A stretch of DNA of 64,000 nucleotides from Candidatus Bathyarchaeota archaeon (GTDB lineage: Archaea; Thermoproteota; Bathyarchaeia; Bathyarchaeales; Bathycorpusculaceae), in NCBI GenBank assembly GCA_963780185.1, contig CAWABA010000006.1, forward strand, positions 768,001 through 832,000. Direction: 5' to 3'. Below are positions 10,015-20,003 of the stretch, piece after piece. Every line of letters starts with the position of its first letter. Position 1 is the stretch's first letter. Made by a program: the position numbers and the translations under genes. Under the pieces are notes generated by a model. It made no database searches. It saw only the letters and a list, made by a program, of their open reading frames with translations, and was not told the DNA's origin.

Positions 10015-10695
10015 TTACTCCAAAGGCGGAATCGTAAGGTCTGTGCCAGGTTTTATGGCGCGTGGGTTGTTGATTTTGTTTTTTTCTGCGATGGGTCGCC
10101 ATAGGTTTGCGTCGCCGTATTCTTCGGCAGCTATGCTCCAAAGTGTGTCGCCTTGTTTGACATGCCAGACTTTGGTTCGGTCGGCTGATTCGAAGGCGGC
10201 TTCCTGAAGCTGGGTTTGGTCATCTTTGTATTCTTTGAGTCTGATGCTTAAGGTGGCTCTGACGGGTACGCCGCTGGGAAGGAACATTGTGAATTTTTTG
10301 GTCGCATTTTCGATTATGCACCGAAAGATGAATGAGCCCCAGACAAAGTAGCAGATTGGCGGGGTGTGAAGGTCTGAGTCGATGTCCATTAAGCCCTTCG
10401 GTGCGAGTAGTCCTCCTGAGCTTGCGGAATCCCACCCGGTGATTTTGTCAGTTATGGTTCGAACGTCGGTGCCGGATTCGTAGGTGTCGAAGAAAAGGTT
10501 CATTGTTAGGGTTCGCGCGCCGCCTTTGACAAACTGGAATTTTGATGAGGGCATGCCGGGAAACTGTTTTTCAGCGTATTGGTTGGTTTTTTCTATGGTG
10601 AACTCGTTGGGGTTGAATAGGAAAGTGACTTTGCTCTGTCCCTCACCGTTCCCCTTCATGTCACGTTCACTTATCAGGTACGCCTTTTCAAGCAT
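10015..10695 (-). CDS. Tube initiator with C-terminal LysM domain (Afp7-like)
   Basis: FNPNEFTIEK, LFFDTYE, PP.C.FVWG, GVPVRA; LysM VKQGDTLWSIAAEEYGDANLWRPIAEKNKINNPR. Confidence 0.92.
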   Translation of the reverse strand: MLEKAYLISERDMKGNGEGQSKVTFLFNPNEFTIEKTNQYAEKQFPGMPSSKFQFVKGGARTLTMNLFFDTYESGTDVRTITDKITGWDSASSGGLLAPKGLMDIDSDLHTPPICYFVWGSFIFRCIIENATKKFTMFLPSGVPVRATLSIRLKEYKDDQTQLQEAAFESADRTKVWHVKQGDTLWSIAAEEYGDANLWRPIAEKNKINNPRAIKPGTDLTIPPLE

Positions 10696-10697
10696 GC

Positions 10698-11648
10698 TTA
10701 TCCCCTCCGTTCCCGCTCGATACGGGCTTTTCTCTCAATTAGCTGGTAAACTTTATCCGCAAGCACATTCAAATCCGAAGCAGCCGTCTTCTGCTGGGTT
10801 CTGGCGGCTGCCGATTCATCGTCTGCCTGCTTCATCCTATTTCTTGCTATTTGTGACTGATTACTTATAAAATGTTCTTCAGCCCCCAACCCGTCGCCTC
10901 CAACGCCTCGCGGATTTCCCTTTTCATGAGCCGTTTCAAGCAGCCTAAGAGCAAGAGGCGCCTCAACATTGCCACCTTCCCCAACCCTTACACGACTAAC
11001 TACGGTTCTTTCAGAAAAAGAATGAAGCCTTTTAGAATGGACAAGTATCGATTGCGCAAAAAGGGTCCTGCGTGATTCTTGAAAAAGCCTGGCTTTTTGG
11101 GTTTGCAAGGCAACCTCGGTTTGGGCATATGGAGGGCTGGGTGTTTTAGCTGCAAGTTCAACTTCTTTGGTCATTGGAGATTTTTGCGGAAGCTGAAACG
11201 ACGTTCCATTGGACAGAACCAAACCCACTGGCGAAGCCAAAAGCAAACGTTCAGTCAAAAATGTCGTTTTGGGAAAGAAGTTCAGAGCCGTAAGAGCACT
11301 TGTTTTGACAACTGAGCTTTCGTACGTCGTCGATAATGACTGGCGTGGCGCCGCAGGCTCGGAGGAAAAAATCTGCGTTTGATAGTTAAGCGTTACTGGC
11401 TGATTGTTTATGGTCTGGTGGATGCGTTTTTGGGTTGTGGCGTCGCTTTTCTGAAAAAGGGTTGTGTAACGGTTGACAAGCATGAAGGGCAGCCTGTGGA
11501 TGAAAGCGATTCGTGATGGGAAAGCCATCGCGGGACCTGCCGCGGGCTTCAGAAGCCGTCGCCGGGCGAAAGCCAAATGCCTACTTATTTTGCAGTCAAA
11601 AACGCTAAAGTCCATCAGCGCCAATTTTGGTCGGGTTCCGAGCGGCAT
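10698..11648 (-). CDS. eCIS-associated low-complexity protein with conserved C-terminal helix
   Basis: Ends DLNVLADKVYQLIERKARIERERRG, a motif typical of the gene between tube and LysM genes in eCIS loci; remainder S/T/Q-rich. Confidence 0.6.
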   Translation of the reverse strand: MPLGTRPKLALMDFSVFDCKISRHLAFARRRLLKPAAGPAMAFPSRIAFIHRLPFMLVNRYTTLFQKSDATTQKRIHQTINNQPVTLNYQTQIFSSEPAAPRQSLSTTYESSVVKTSALTALNFFPKTTFLTERLLLASPVGLVLSNGTSFQLPQKSPMTKEVELAAKTPSPPYAQTEVALQTQKARLFQESRRTLFAQSILVHSKRLHSFSERTVVSRVRVGEGGNVEAPLALRLLETAHEKGNPRGVGGDGLGAEEHFISNQSQIARNRMKQADDESAAARTQQKTAASDLNVLADKVYQLIERKARIERERRG

Positions 11649-11650
11649 CT

Positions 11651-12079
11651 TTACCCCTTTTCCAGCCCTTCATGAACCAGCTCCAACGTTTCAATCGCAA
11701 CTGTGCTGCTGTCAGCTTTAAGGTCGGGTCCAACCCATTTGACGGGGTAAGCGTTTTTGAAGTGCCAACGCCACTTCTCGTTTCCTTCAAGGTCGATAAG
11801 TATCACGGCGCCTGAAGCCCGTTTTACTATTCCGTTGATTACGTCTTGGTGCCAACCCCACAGAGCCGTCGAGTCGCCGAGTCCCCTTTTAAGAACCAGA
11901 TTTGGGTACCGGGTTTTCTTGGGAAGCTTATGCACATAATCGTTGACGCCGCCTTCCTCAACCGTTTCAACTTCGGTTTCCGCCTGCAACCCCGAAACCT
12001 CAGAAAAGCCGCCTACGATGAAACCTTGAATCTCAACAAGAAACCTGAAAGCCACGTAAGGGTTCTTTTCTGACTGCAC
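11651..12079 (-). CDS. Tail tube protein gp19 (Afp1/5-like)
   Basis: PYVAFRFLVEI, GGFSEVSGL, EGGVN.YVHKLP, NLVLKRG, AYPVKWVGP.L.A, AIETLELVHEG. Confidence 0.95.
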   Translation of the reverse strand: MQSEKNPYVAFRFLVEIQGFIVGGFSEVSGLQAETEVETVEEGGVNDYVHKLPKKTRYPNLVLKRGLGDSTALWGWHQDVINGIVKRASGAVILIDLEGNEKWRWHFKNAYPVKWVGPDLKADSSTVAIETLELVHEGLEKG

Positions 12080-12118
12080 AGCGCATACGCCCTTTCCTAC
12101 CTATTCCAAGCGCTAACT

Positions 12119-12129
12119 ATTATATTTAT
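12119..12129 (-). promoter_or_regulatory. Putative archaeal TATA box of the eCIS operon
   Basis: Minus strand ATAAATATAAT about 40 bp upstream of the tube-gene GTG. Confidence 0.5.
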
Positions 12130-12422
12130 GCAGCTTAACGGTTTTGCAGGCAAGTCAGTAGAGCTTTTGGAGTATTTTTCTCACAGGTCTTCTTCCGAGC
12201 TGTTTGCACGCGAAGGTTCTTGGGGTTGATTGCAATGTGGGCAAAAACGTGCCTACGAGCTTGTTTATTGCAGCTACGTCCGAAACTATCACAATCCTCT
12301 CGCTTAATGGACGCAAGCCAGTTTTTTGTAAATGCGTTACCCACATTTTGGTTTGCCGCAATAAAAAATGTTGGGAAATGGGGAATGGCCGAATGCCTTT
12401 TGGGGATTTCGTTGCTGTCGGG

Positions 12423-12986
12423 TTATTTGTTGATTACGGTCCGCGTGATGATGACGATTTGGGTTACTTTGGAGTTGGTTATGTCGACTTTGACAGTTGC
12501 GAAGCCTGAGTTGCCGTTCTGCAGTGTTATTATGGCTGTTGTGGCTTGAGTGGTTATTGTTCCGTCTGCCCCGATTACGCTGTGAATTATTGGGTTGATG
12601 GCTGTCACGTTGTAGCCTTGGGCGATGAGGTTTTGTACGTCGGTGTCGTTGGCGAGGATGCTGTTTATCGTCGCGTTGTAGGCTGAGCTTAATTCAAGGT
12701 TTTGCATTCCTTGCATGTTGCCCATTCCTCCTAGACCGCCGGGACCGTTGTGGCCTCCGCCGAGCGGTTGATTGCCGAATGCTTGGCTGTCTGCGAAGTT
12801 TCCGAAGGGTTGCATGCCTGATGTCTGGTTAACGTAGGAAATCACTGAAGTGGTGGCATTTATGCTTGTGTCCGCGGTTGACGATGTGTTACTTGCCGAT
12901 GCCGATGACATGATGAAGAGCGCACCTATTGTCACCGAAAGAACAGACAGCAGGATTAGACTAATGGCAACGGTTTTTTTGTTGAT
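12423..12986 (-). CDS. Secreted/membrane-anchored hypothetical protein with Gly/Met-rich linker
   Basis: ORF 12423-12935 extends in frame to ATC 12986 behind a GGAGGTGA SD, giving (M)NKKTVAISLILLSVLSVTIGALFIM, a signal/anchor sequence. Confidence 0.7.
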   Translation of the reverse strand: MNKKTVAISLILLSVLSVTIGALFIMSSASASNTSSTADTSINATTSVISYVNQTSGMQPFGNFADSQAFGNQPLGGGHNGPGGLGGMGNMQGMQNLELSSAYNATINSILANDTDVQNLIAQGYNVTAINPIIHSVIGADGTITTQATTAIITLQNGNSGFATVKVDITNSKVTQIVIITRTVINK

Positions 12987-13052
12987 TTGTTTTCACCTCC
13001 GAATCAAACATCCAAGAAAGCAATGTTTTATTAAACGATTTTTCAACATCCA

Positions 13053-13094
13053 AACCCAATCTGCTCTAAATCAATTCCAAATCAGTTCCAAATC
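13053..13094. repeat. Four degenerate TTCCAAATC units at 11-bp spacing upstream of a TATA box
   Basis: AACCCAATC (13053), CTCTAAATC (13064), TTCCAAATC (13075), TTCCAAATC (13086); minus-strand TTTAATAAA at ~13026-13034. Confidence 0.55.
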
Positions 13095-13175
13095 TGACCA
13101 CCTTTCAAACCGAGCAGAGCAGGGAATAAGAGAAATCAAGCCTGAAGCAAGAAAACGCCGCGGGCCGGATTCCAA

Positions 13176-13643
13176 TCATTCAAAACTGATGTACAGTAAC
13201 GCGCAGAGCACTACAAACTCGAACAAGTCTGGCACAAACGCGAATGGACCGAGACCCTGTTGATGGTACCCGAAAACCCAAATCACCAGTGGACTTGAAG
13301 TTAAGTCTTTGACAAGGAATGCAGCCGAAAAAATCAGCAGTCCAAAGGTGAACTTGGAACGTGTCCTATGAAACATGTCGGCGTTGCTGACTAATAGAAA
13401 AACCAGTAGCGCAATGTTAAGAGACGAAACTACAGTCTCCGCGACGTAGAAAACCTCCAAGTCGCCGGGAATGCCTTGTGAAGGAGGTGGATTACCGTGG
13501 GAAGACAGGGGCGGCTGAGGGCTGAATGGACTGAGTGGCTTGAAGTAGGCGTATGAAGCCCAAATGGCTGTACCCAAGGCTACAATTATCAAAATAGCCA
13601 GAAGCAGGACGATTTTCGGGTTCTTGTACATATGTTTCTCCAT
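13176..13643 (-). CDS. Four-TM membrane protein, co-transcribed with wHTH regulator
   Basis: Four hydrophobic segments; ATG 13643 lies 20 bp after the wHTH stop. Confidence 0.75.
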   Translation of the reverse strand: MEKHMYKNPKIVLLLAILIIVALGTAIWASYAYFKPLSPFSPQPPLSSHGNPPPSQGIPGDLEVFYVAETVVSSLNIALLVFLLVSNADMFHRTRSKFTFGLLIFSAAFLVKDLTSSPLVIWVFGYHQQGLGPFAFVPDLFEFVVLCALLYISFE

Positions 13644-13662
13644 TTTCTCGTTTCTCCTTTTT

Positions 13663-13971
13663 CTACTTTTGCCACATTCTTTTCCTAATGTCCTCAAATA
13701 CTGCGTAATTGTCTTCCAAAGCGGGTGATAGGAAGTAAGTGACCCCATATCCACCGGATCTTCCCGCCGAAGTTATCATATTGTTCTTCTCAAGCAGCTG
13801 AACATGATGCCTAATCGTCTTGTAATCGACGTCTAACGTAGCTGCAAGCTGGTTCGCGTTTTGAGGGGTCTCCTTCAGAATCTCAATTACTTTGGCACGC
13901 ATCGGGCCGCCTCTTGAACCTGCAATTAACCACCCGAGCAGATATTTTAGTTGGCGGACGTTAACAGCCAT
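13663..13971 (-). CDS. Winged-helix (ArsR-like) transcriptional regulator
   Basis: LIAGSRGGPMRAKVIEIL...PQNANQLAATLDVDYKTIRHHVQLLEKNNMI...YG..YFLS. Confidence 0.88.
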   Translation of the reverse strand: MAVNVRQLKYLLGWLIAGSRGGPMRAKVIEILKETPQNANQLAATLDVDYKTIRHHVQLLEKNNMITSAGRSGGYGVTYFLSPALEDNYAVFEDIRKRMWQK

Positions 13972-14326
13972 TGAGAACAGCCCTAAATGGAAGGGATTAG
14001 GTTGAGTCTTAATTTAAGCAATTCCCCAAATGACAAAACGAGGTTGGCAGCGCCGCAACGAGTCTTCTCAAAAAAACATAACTGAAGGCATCTCCGCGAG
14101 AAACGGAAAAGCAACCTCGAAAAATCTGGCAACCAAGGAGCATACTATCGTTTGACGCATTGCTCTGTAACGGCATCGAAATGGTTTGTTTTGCTGTAAT
14201 CGCAGTTCTTGCAGTCGTCTTTTATGTCTTGACCAAACGGGCAACCCTTCAAATCAGCCATACCTTCACCTCTAATGCCTCAGCCTACACAGTGGCTAAG
14301 CAATTTCAAACTCTATTCTATGGCAC

Positions 14327-16271
14327 CTATTTATCGGTATTAGGTTTTGCGGTTACCCCGTGTTTCTTTTGCCACGCAACTAACGCAGCTGCAATCACCG
14401 CCACTGCAACCAAAGCAACCAGAAAGTAAGCAAACCATGGCTGAGTGACTATAGAACCATTTGATGCATGTGAAGAGCCCAATTCAAGGGTGATTCGGTG
14501 AGTGCTATGGTGATAGGTGAAGGACACAAGCCAACAATCGTCCGCTGATTTGACTGTGTAGGGTATTTTGTTTCCGTCAAGGTTCACTGTTAAGCCGTCG
14601 ATGCTGCTGATTAGAGATTTTGGAATGTAAATGTCAAGGTAGCCTGTGGTTCCTGAGGGTCCGCTGACGGTGAAGCTTAGCTGTTTGGCTGCTGAGTCGA
14701 AGTTGAGTTGTGACATTGTCGAGTTTGTTGTGATTGAGAAGAAGCCTTGCGAGTTGCAGGGGGTTATGGCGACGTTAAATATTGAGCTTGTCTGCGGGTA
14801 ACTGGAGTTGCCTGTCCATGTTGCGTTTAGAAGGTAGTTGCCTGTGGCTGAAGGAGTCCAGAGGACATTGAAGCCGCCGCTGGCATCTGTGTTTACGGAA
14901 GTAAGCTCATTCCAATGTAAACCGTTGTCAACGCTGTAAGACAGCAAGATTGATGCGTCGGCTATTCCTGTTCCGTTAGCCGTTAAGGTGCCCACGATGT
15001 TTGCTCTAATGTTGGTGGATGTTGAGCTTTGGCAGCTAAGCCAAATTGAAGCCTCGCCGCTTGGCGAAGTGGGCGGCGTAGGCGTTGCTGAAGGCTCAGG
15101 CGCAGGCGAAGTATAATTGGTTGCTTCAGAGCCTCCAACGATTTTAGTTATCCACGACCCGTCTTCACCCACGATAACATAATTTCCATCCGCGGTTTGA
15201 ATAACAGAGTTAGCCAAAGTTCCTGTGCTGGTCCCGTTAAATGACCATTGAACATTGCCTGCAGAGTCGGTTTTAGCCAGCACAAAATTTCTTCCGCCTG
15301 TGACTGCGTATCCACCGTCGCGTGTTTGAATCACCGAGGTAGCCCATTGCATGTTGGTTCCGATGTTTTTTGTCCACGCTATGTTGCCGGCTGAATCGGT
15401 CTTAAGAAGCAAAATTGGACCGGTGCCGCCGAGTGAGCTGCTTGCTACGCCGACAAGTGCGTATCCGCCATCTTTGGTCGGAGTCATACCGTAGGGCCAA
15501 TCCCAAAGGGATTCTGAGAAGCTTTGGTTCCACTGCATGTTCCCAGCTGAATCAGTTTTAACCAGCCAGAATTCGGGGTCATTGCCTGGGACTCCCGTGC
15601 AGCCAGCCATGGCGTACCCTCCATCTGTTGTTTGGACGATGACTTCGGCTCTGTCATCATCTAGACCCCCATACAGTTTTGTCCACTGCAGGTTCCCTGA
15701 CGAATCGGTTTTCATGAATAGAAAATTCCAGCCGCCGAGCCCAGTGTAACCAGTGTAACCGCCGAAGTCACCAGCTATAGCGTAGCCGCCGTCGCTTGTT
15801 TGAACCAGAGAATTGGCTTCGTAAACTCCTTGATTGTCTCCTAAAATTCTGTTCCATTGCATGGTGCCGTTTGAGTCTGTCTTGACAAGCCAAACGTGTC
15901 CCGCATAGCCTCCCTCTGACTGCCCCGTGCCAACTATGGCGTAGCCACCGTCCGATGTCTGAACAACAGACTTGGGGTACACAGCGTAAGAAGGAAGACT
16001 GTAGGTTTGGCTCCACTGCTCGCCGCCAGTTGAACCAAGCTTAGTTAACGTGTAACCTCCTAGAGGACTTACCGCCGCAAAGCCTCCGTCTGAAGTTTGG
16101 ATGGCATCATACGCCCCGTCCCCCGTGTATGTTTTGCTCCAGATAACTGTGGGGTTTTGCTGTTGCGTCGCGTCATTTGATGCTTTGACAGTGAGGGATG
16201 GTATAAAAATTAGAGAAGCTAGAAACAGGGCGACAAGAATCAAAGCTAAGGGTTTTACCGAGGGGTTTCAT
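14327..16271 (-). CDS. Secreted beta-propeller-repeat surface protein with C-terminal TM anchor (frameshift in signal peptide at ~16250)
   Basis: About seven repeats of QTxDGGYAxxG...LxKTDSxGNxxW, a Pro/Thr linker, Ig-like domains, TM and basic tail. ATG 16271 (MKPLGKT-LALILV) joins the ORF if one base is removed. Confidence 0.8.
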
Positions 16272-16294
16272 GCTTACTCTTGGATTCATGTTGT

Positions 16295-16350
16295 GATAAA
16301 AGGGTTCTCGTAAAGGTTTCTTGACTGGGCTTAGTCAACGTTTCTTGACT
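16295..16350 (-). promoter_or_regulatory. Promoter with AGTCAA-N6-TTGACT palindrome, a second half-site and TATA
   Basis: Minus strand AGTCAAGAAACGTTGACTAAGCCCAGTCAAGAAACC...CTTTTATC; near-identical to 25217-25273. Confidence 0.75.
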
Positions 16351-16381
16351 AGCGAAAAAGGTGTTGAGAAGTTTGTTTGGG

Positions 16382-16457
16382 TGGTAGCCCGGGAGAGACT
16401 CGAACTCTCGTCAAGGGCTCCAGAGGCCCCTATGCTTGACCGCTACACCACCGGGCT
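16382..16457 (-). tRNA. tRNA-Gln(CTG), intronless, CCA encoded
   Basis: AGCCCGG...GGGGC-CTCTGGA-GCCCT...GTTCGAGTC...CCGGGCT-A-CCA; A1-U72 pair typical of archaeal tRNA-Gln. Confidence 0.95.
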
Positions 16458-16599
16458 CCAATCAGAGATGTGCCACTAAAACAGGAAAACTAAGTAATAA
16501 CCTTAACGTTAACCCCACGACCTAAACCCGTTTGTAACGCCGCAGTTTTTTCAAGCCTGTATTTACCTACTTGGCGCTAATTTGGGGTTCAGGACTCTA

Positions 16600-19500
16600 T
16601 CATGTCAACGGCAAGTGGAGGTTGATTTTTTTGCGGTTTCGAAAGATGCCGACTGCTGCGAAGCAGGCGATTGTAGCTAAGAGTGCACCTAGTGAGTATT
16701 CGGGGGTTACAAAGAGTGGTGTACCTTGCAGTTGGGATAGTGTGAAGGTTGCGCACAAAGTAGATGGTGCATAGAATTGAGTATCTACAGGTATCCAGCT
16801 TTCGCCGTTCCAAAACATGATTTGGCTGTTCTCGTTAAAAGCGGGGTTAGTTATGTTGACGGATACAACGGTGTCCATAGGTAAACCAGAACTGGGGATT
16901 ACTTGCACGTCATAGTAGTTTCCCCCTACAGATATTGACGCTGTTGTCCCTGGCGGCAGGTTAGCACCGTAGTCTATGGTTTTGACAGTTAAGGATGCAC
17001 CATCTGGAATCGAAGGATCATCTACACCAACGCTGACCCCAGTTTCCGCTGACTGGTCTACTGTGACGCTGCCGTCGCTTACCGTTTGCGTCCCGAAGGC
17101 TTGCGCAACGATGTTTGATGGGAAAAGTGGGTAGTTGTCCACGTTTAGTGCGTCGATGTTGTAGGGTGTGTCACCTATGCCATCGTGGTTAGCGTCTTTC
17201 CCAGTGTAGTCGCTCCAATAGTTCCCCCCAGAGGGATATCCGTTGTCCCACACGTTTCCGTCGCCATTCACATATGCCTGAACCTGATTGTTCACGAACT
17301 GGTTATGGTACACCGTGTTGCCGTCAGACGAAACGAAGTAAAGGCCAAATTCATTGTTTGAAACGTTGTTCCCCAAAATGGTATTGCCATAAGAGGACCA
17401 AAGGCCAATGCCAACCCAATGGTTGTTTTGTAAACTGTTACCGGAGATGACGTTGTTAGAGGCTGATTCAAGTTTGACTCCAATTCCAAACTGAGCAATA
17501 CCTATGAAGTTTTCAACGTTATCTACGGAAATTGAAGGGGAAACAACTTGCCCATTGTTGTTTAAAACATTGTCGATTATGTTGTTGTGTGAAGAACTGG
17601 CACCAATGTCCACTCCATCATTCCAATTGTTTGAAATGTCATTGTCACGTATTTCTAAAAATGAACTTCCGCCTTGGACGGATACTCCGGCGCTCCCAGT
17701 GGCTGTAATGGAGTTTTTCTCTATGGTTGAACCGAATGAATCGTCGAAAAATACTCCAAAAGAACCGCCCGAAATTGTGTTATTGTTTAACAAGGCATTA
17801 TTGCAGTTTCCCTGCACTGAAATCCCATATTGATAGTCGCCAGCTAAGGAGTTGTTGCCGACAACAACGTTGTTTGCGTCATTTAGGAAAATGCCCATGA
17901 AGTTATCATTAATTGTGTTGTTCGCGATAACAGCTGACGATGCTTCACCATCAACTCTAATTCCAGCCGCGTCAGTTACCCACCCGTTATAATCCAAGGT
18001 GTTATGTGACACCAGATTATTTGTGCCCAACATAATGAACACGCCGTAGCCTTCGTTATCTGAAATGACGTTGTTGGTTACCTTAGCGTTTTCAACGTTA
18101 TCCAAGAAAACTGCCGATGCTTGGTCGGTGCTTCCACTTCCAGTTATGCCAAAACCCGAGATTAAGACGCCGTCAGCTGTAACGGACACTGTATTTCCGG
18201 TTCCATCTCCATTTATGAGAGTGTTCTGGTTGTTTTCACCTATCAAAGAAACTGATTTGTCTACCAGAATGTTTTCGTCGTAAGTGCCTGCAGCCACCTT
18301 TATCAAGTCGCCGGGGCTTGCGTGATTTATGGCTGCTTGAATGGTCAAATAGTCATTGACGGAAATTGCTGCGGTTTTGATGAGCCAAAAATCTGCATGA
18401 CCCGCGCCGTATGAAAGGGTGTACCCCGCGAGCGCGTATCCTCCGTCTTTGGTCTGCACAAGAGCATTCATTTCATCCTCGCTGGTTCCTCCGTATGTTT
18501 TGCTGCATTGCTCTTCTCCAAACGAATTAGTCTTTATGAACCAAAAATCATAGTTGTTTGAATCGGAATAAGTGCACCCGCCAATAGCGTATCCGCCTTC
18601 ACTGGTCTGAACGATTGACGACCCGAAATCATAGTTTGTGCCTCCATAAGTCTGGTTCCATTCCATATTCCCAGACGAATCAGTCTTAACTACCCAAGCA
18701 TCATATTGACCCGCGCCGAAGGAGGTTGAAGAGCCGCAAACGACGAATCCGCCGTCACTTGTCTGAACCACAGTCCGAGCTAAATCCGCGTTCGGTCCTC
18801 CGTAAGTTTGGTTCCACTGTTCGTTGCCAAAAGAATCTGTCCTGACAAGCCAATAATCGTAGCCGCCAGCCCCATAGGATGCGGTGTATCCTGCTAAAGC
18901 GTACCCACCATCGCTGGTTTGCACAACTGAATTAGCTTCATCAACATCGCTTCCGCCATAGGTGTGGTTCCAGACCGCGTAACCTAAAGAGTTGGTTTTG
19001 ATAAGCCAAAAATCACTTAGACCGGCACTTGCAGAAAATGCTCGACCAGCAATTGCATAGCCACCGTCACTCGTTTGTATCACAGATGAGGCGCGGTCGT
19101 CATATGCGTAGCCGTTGTGGATTCCTCCGTACGTTCGGCTCCACTCTAAGTTGCCTGAGGAATCGGTTTTTACAAGCAAAAAGCTGAAAATGACGTAGCC
19201 ATATGAGTCGCTGTAACCTGCAAGAGCGTAGCCACCGTCTTTTGTCTGCACAACCGACATTGCCTCATCCCATCCTGAGCCACCATAAGCCTTACTCCAT
19301 TCAACATTGCCCGACGAATCTGTTTTTACAAGCCAAAAATCCATTGTTCCGCTGAACGCCGTGGTGTATCCAGCCATTGCGTAGCCGCCATCGCTAGTTT
19401 GTACCATGGAGTATAGTCGCTCATCGGTAGATGTCCCGTATGTTTGGCTCCATTCGGTGACAGGAGGAAGAGTTTGACCTACAGTCAAAGTTGCTGCATT

Positions 19501-19632
19501 TGCAGGCGGAAGTTTAGAAACAAACGCGAATAATCCTAGAAGCAATAAAACCGTTAACGCAACGGCAACCGACCATTTGCTGAAGACTTTTGAGGCACGC
19601 CTAACAAGCAATCTCTGCCCAATTTTGTGCAA
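16600..19632 (-). CDS. Large surface protein: beta-propeller repeats + right-handed beta-helix (NosD/CASH-like) + PEF-CTERM-like anchor
   Basis: Seven QTxDGGYAxAG repeats; TIQAAINHA..GD.I.V.AGTY.E; Asn-ladder repeats; GNYWSDY..D...DGIGDTPY; TPEY-TM-RNRKK. Start uncertain (TTG 19632 or 19668). Confidence 0.85.
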   Translation of the reverse strand: MHKIGQRLLVRRASKVFSKWSVAVALTVLLLLGLFAFVSKLPPANAATLTVGQTLPPVTEWSQTYGTSTDERLYSMVQTSDGGYAMAGYTTAFSGTMDFWLVKTDSSGNVEWSKAYGGSGWDEAMSVVQTKDGGYALAGYSDSYGYVIFSFLLVKTDSSGNLEWSRTYGGIHNGYAYDDRASSVIQTSDGGYAIAGRAFSASAGLSDFWLIKTNSLGYAVWNHTYGGSDVDEANSVVQTSDGGYALAGYTASYGAGGYDYWLVRTDSFGNEQWNQTYGGPNADLARTVVQTSDGGFVVCGSSTSFGAGQYDAWVVKTDSSGNMEWNQTYGGTNYDFGSSIVQTSEGGYAIGGCTYSDSNNYDFWFIKTNSFGEEQCSKTYGGTSEDEMNALVQTKDGGYALAGYTLSYGAGHADFWLIKTAAISVNDYLTIQAAINHASPGDLIKVAAGTYDENILVDKSVSLIGENNQNTLINGDGTGNTVSVTADGVLISGFGITGSGSTDQASAVFLDNVENAKVTNNVISDNEGYGVFIMLGTNNLVSHNTLDYNGWVTDAAGIRVDGEASSAVIANNTINDNFMGIFLNDANNVVVGNNSLAGDYQYGISVQGNCNNALLNNNTISGGSFGVFFDDSFGSTIEKNSITATGSAGVSVQGGSSFLEIRDNDISNNWNDGVDIGASSSHNNIIDNVLNNNGQVVSPSISVDNVENFIGIAQFGIGVKLESASNNVISGNSLQNNHWVGIGLWSSYGNTILGNNVSNNEFGLYFVSSDGNTVYHNQFVNNQVQAYVNGDGNVWDNGYPSGGNYWSDYTGKDANHDGIGDTPYNIDALNVDNYPLFPSNIVAQAFGTQTVSDGSVTVDQSAETGVSVGVDDPSIPDGASLTVKTIDYGANLPPGTTASISVGGNYYDVQVIPSSGLPMDTVVSVNITNPAFNENSQIMFWNGESWIPVDTQFYAPSTLCATFTLSQLQGTPLFVTPEYSLGALLATIACFAAVGIFRNRKKINLHLPLT

Positions 19633-19792
19633 AACCTTCTCCCCTTTCAGTAGCAGTCTCAAAGGCAAGTATTATTTAACTTTTTTCCAAAAGCCTATAG
19701 ACGACATGTTCTTGTCACCATTTTTCGGTTAAAAAGGCTGATTTAGCTCAAAAAAAAGTTCCCTAAACAATGGTAAAGTATCTTGGCAGCCA

Positions 19793-19999
19793 CTATTTTC
19801 TTTTGTTCTTCTCCGCTTCGCGGACGCAGTAGCATTCTTGGCTGACCCTGTTGTAGCTTTCGCAGTGCCAAAGCGTGTCAACTATGGCGTTTTTGTTTTG
19901 GGCGTAACGGGTTGAACAGAAAACTTTGGCGGGGTAATCGTAGCTGTTGTGGCTGTCACAGTTGCCGCAGTATTTTTCTGCATCTGAGTTTTGAACCAT
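19793..19999 (-). CDS. Small Cys/His-rich putative metal-binding protein
   Basis: MVQNSDAEKYCGNCDSH...FC...WHC...ECYC (68 aa); ATG 5 bp downstream of the dys stop. Confidence 0.6.
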   Translation of the reverse strand: MVQNSDAEKYCGNCDSHNSYDYPAKVFCSTRYAQNKNAIVDTLWHCESYNRVSQECYCVREAEKNKRK

Positions 20000-20003
20000 A
20001 ACT

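Larger units (their letters stand above)
1..12079 (-). other. Extracellular contractile injection system (eCIS / Afp-PVC-like phage-tail) operon, continues beyond left window edge
   Basis: Twelve closely spaced co-oriented genes in typical eCIS order: tube, ERERRG-motif protein, LysM, gp27-like, gp5-like, PAAR, gp25, baseplate J x2, tail-I, fibre, AAA ATPase. No capsid, terminase or integrase in the window. Confidence 0.93.

Noticed and set aside
1-12079. Provirus
   Set aside because: Only tail, baseplate and spike genes plus PAAR, LysM and an Afp15-like ATPase are present; there are no head, packaging, replication or integrase genes in the window.
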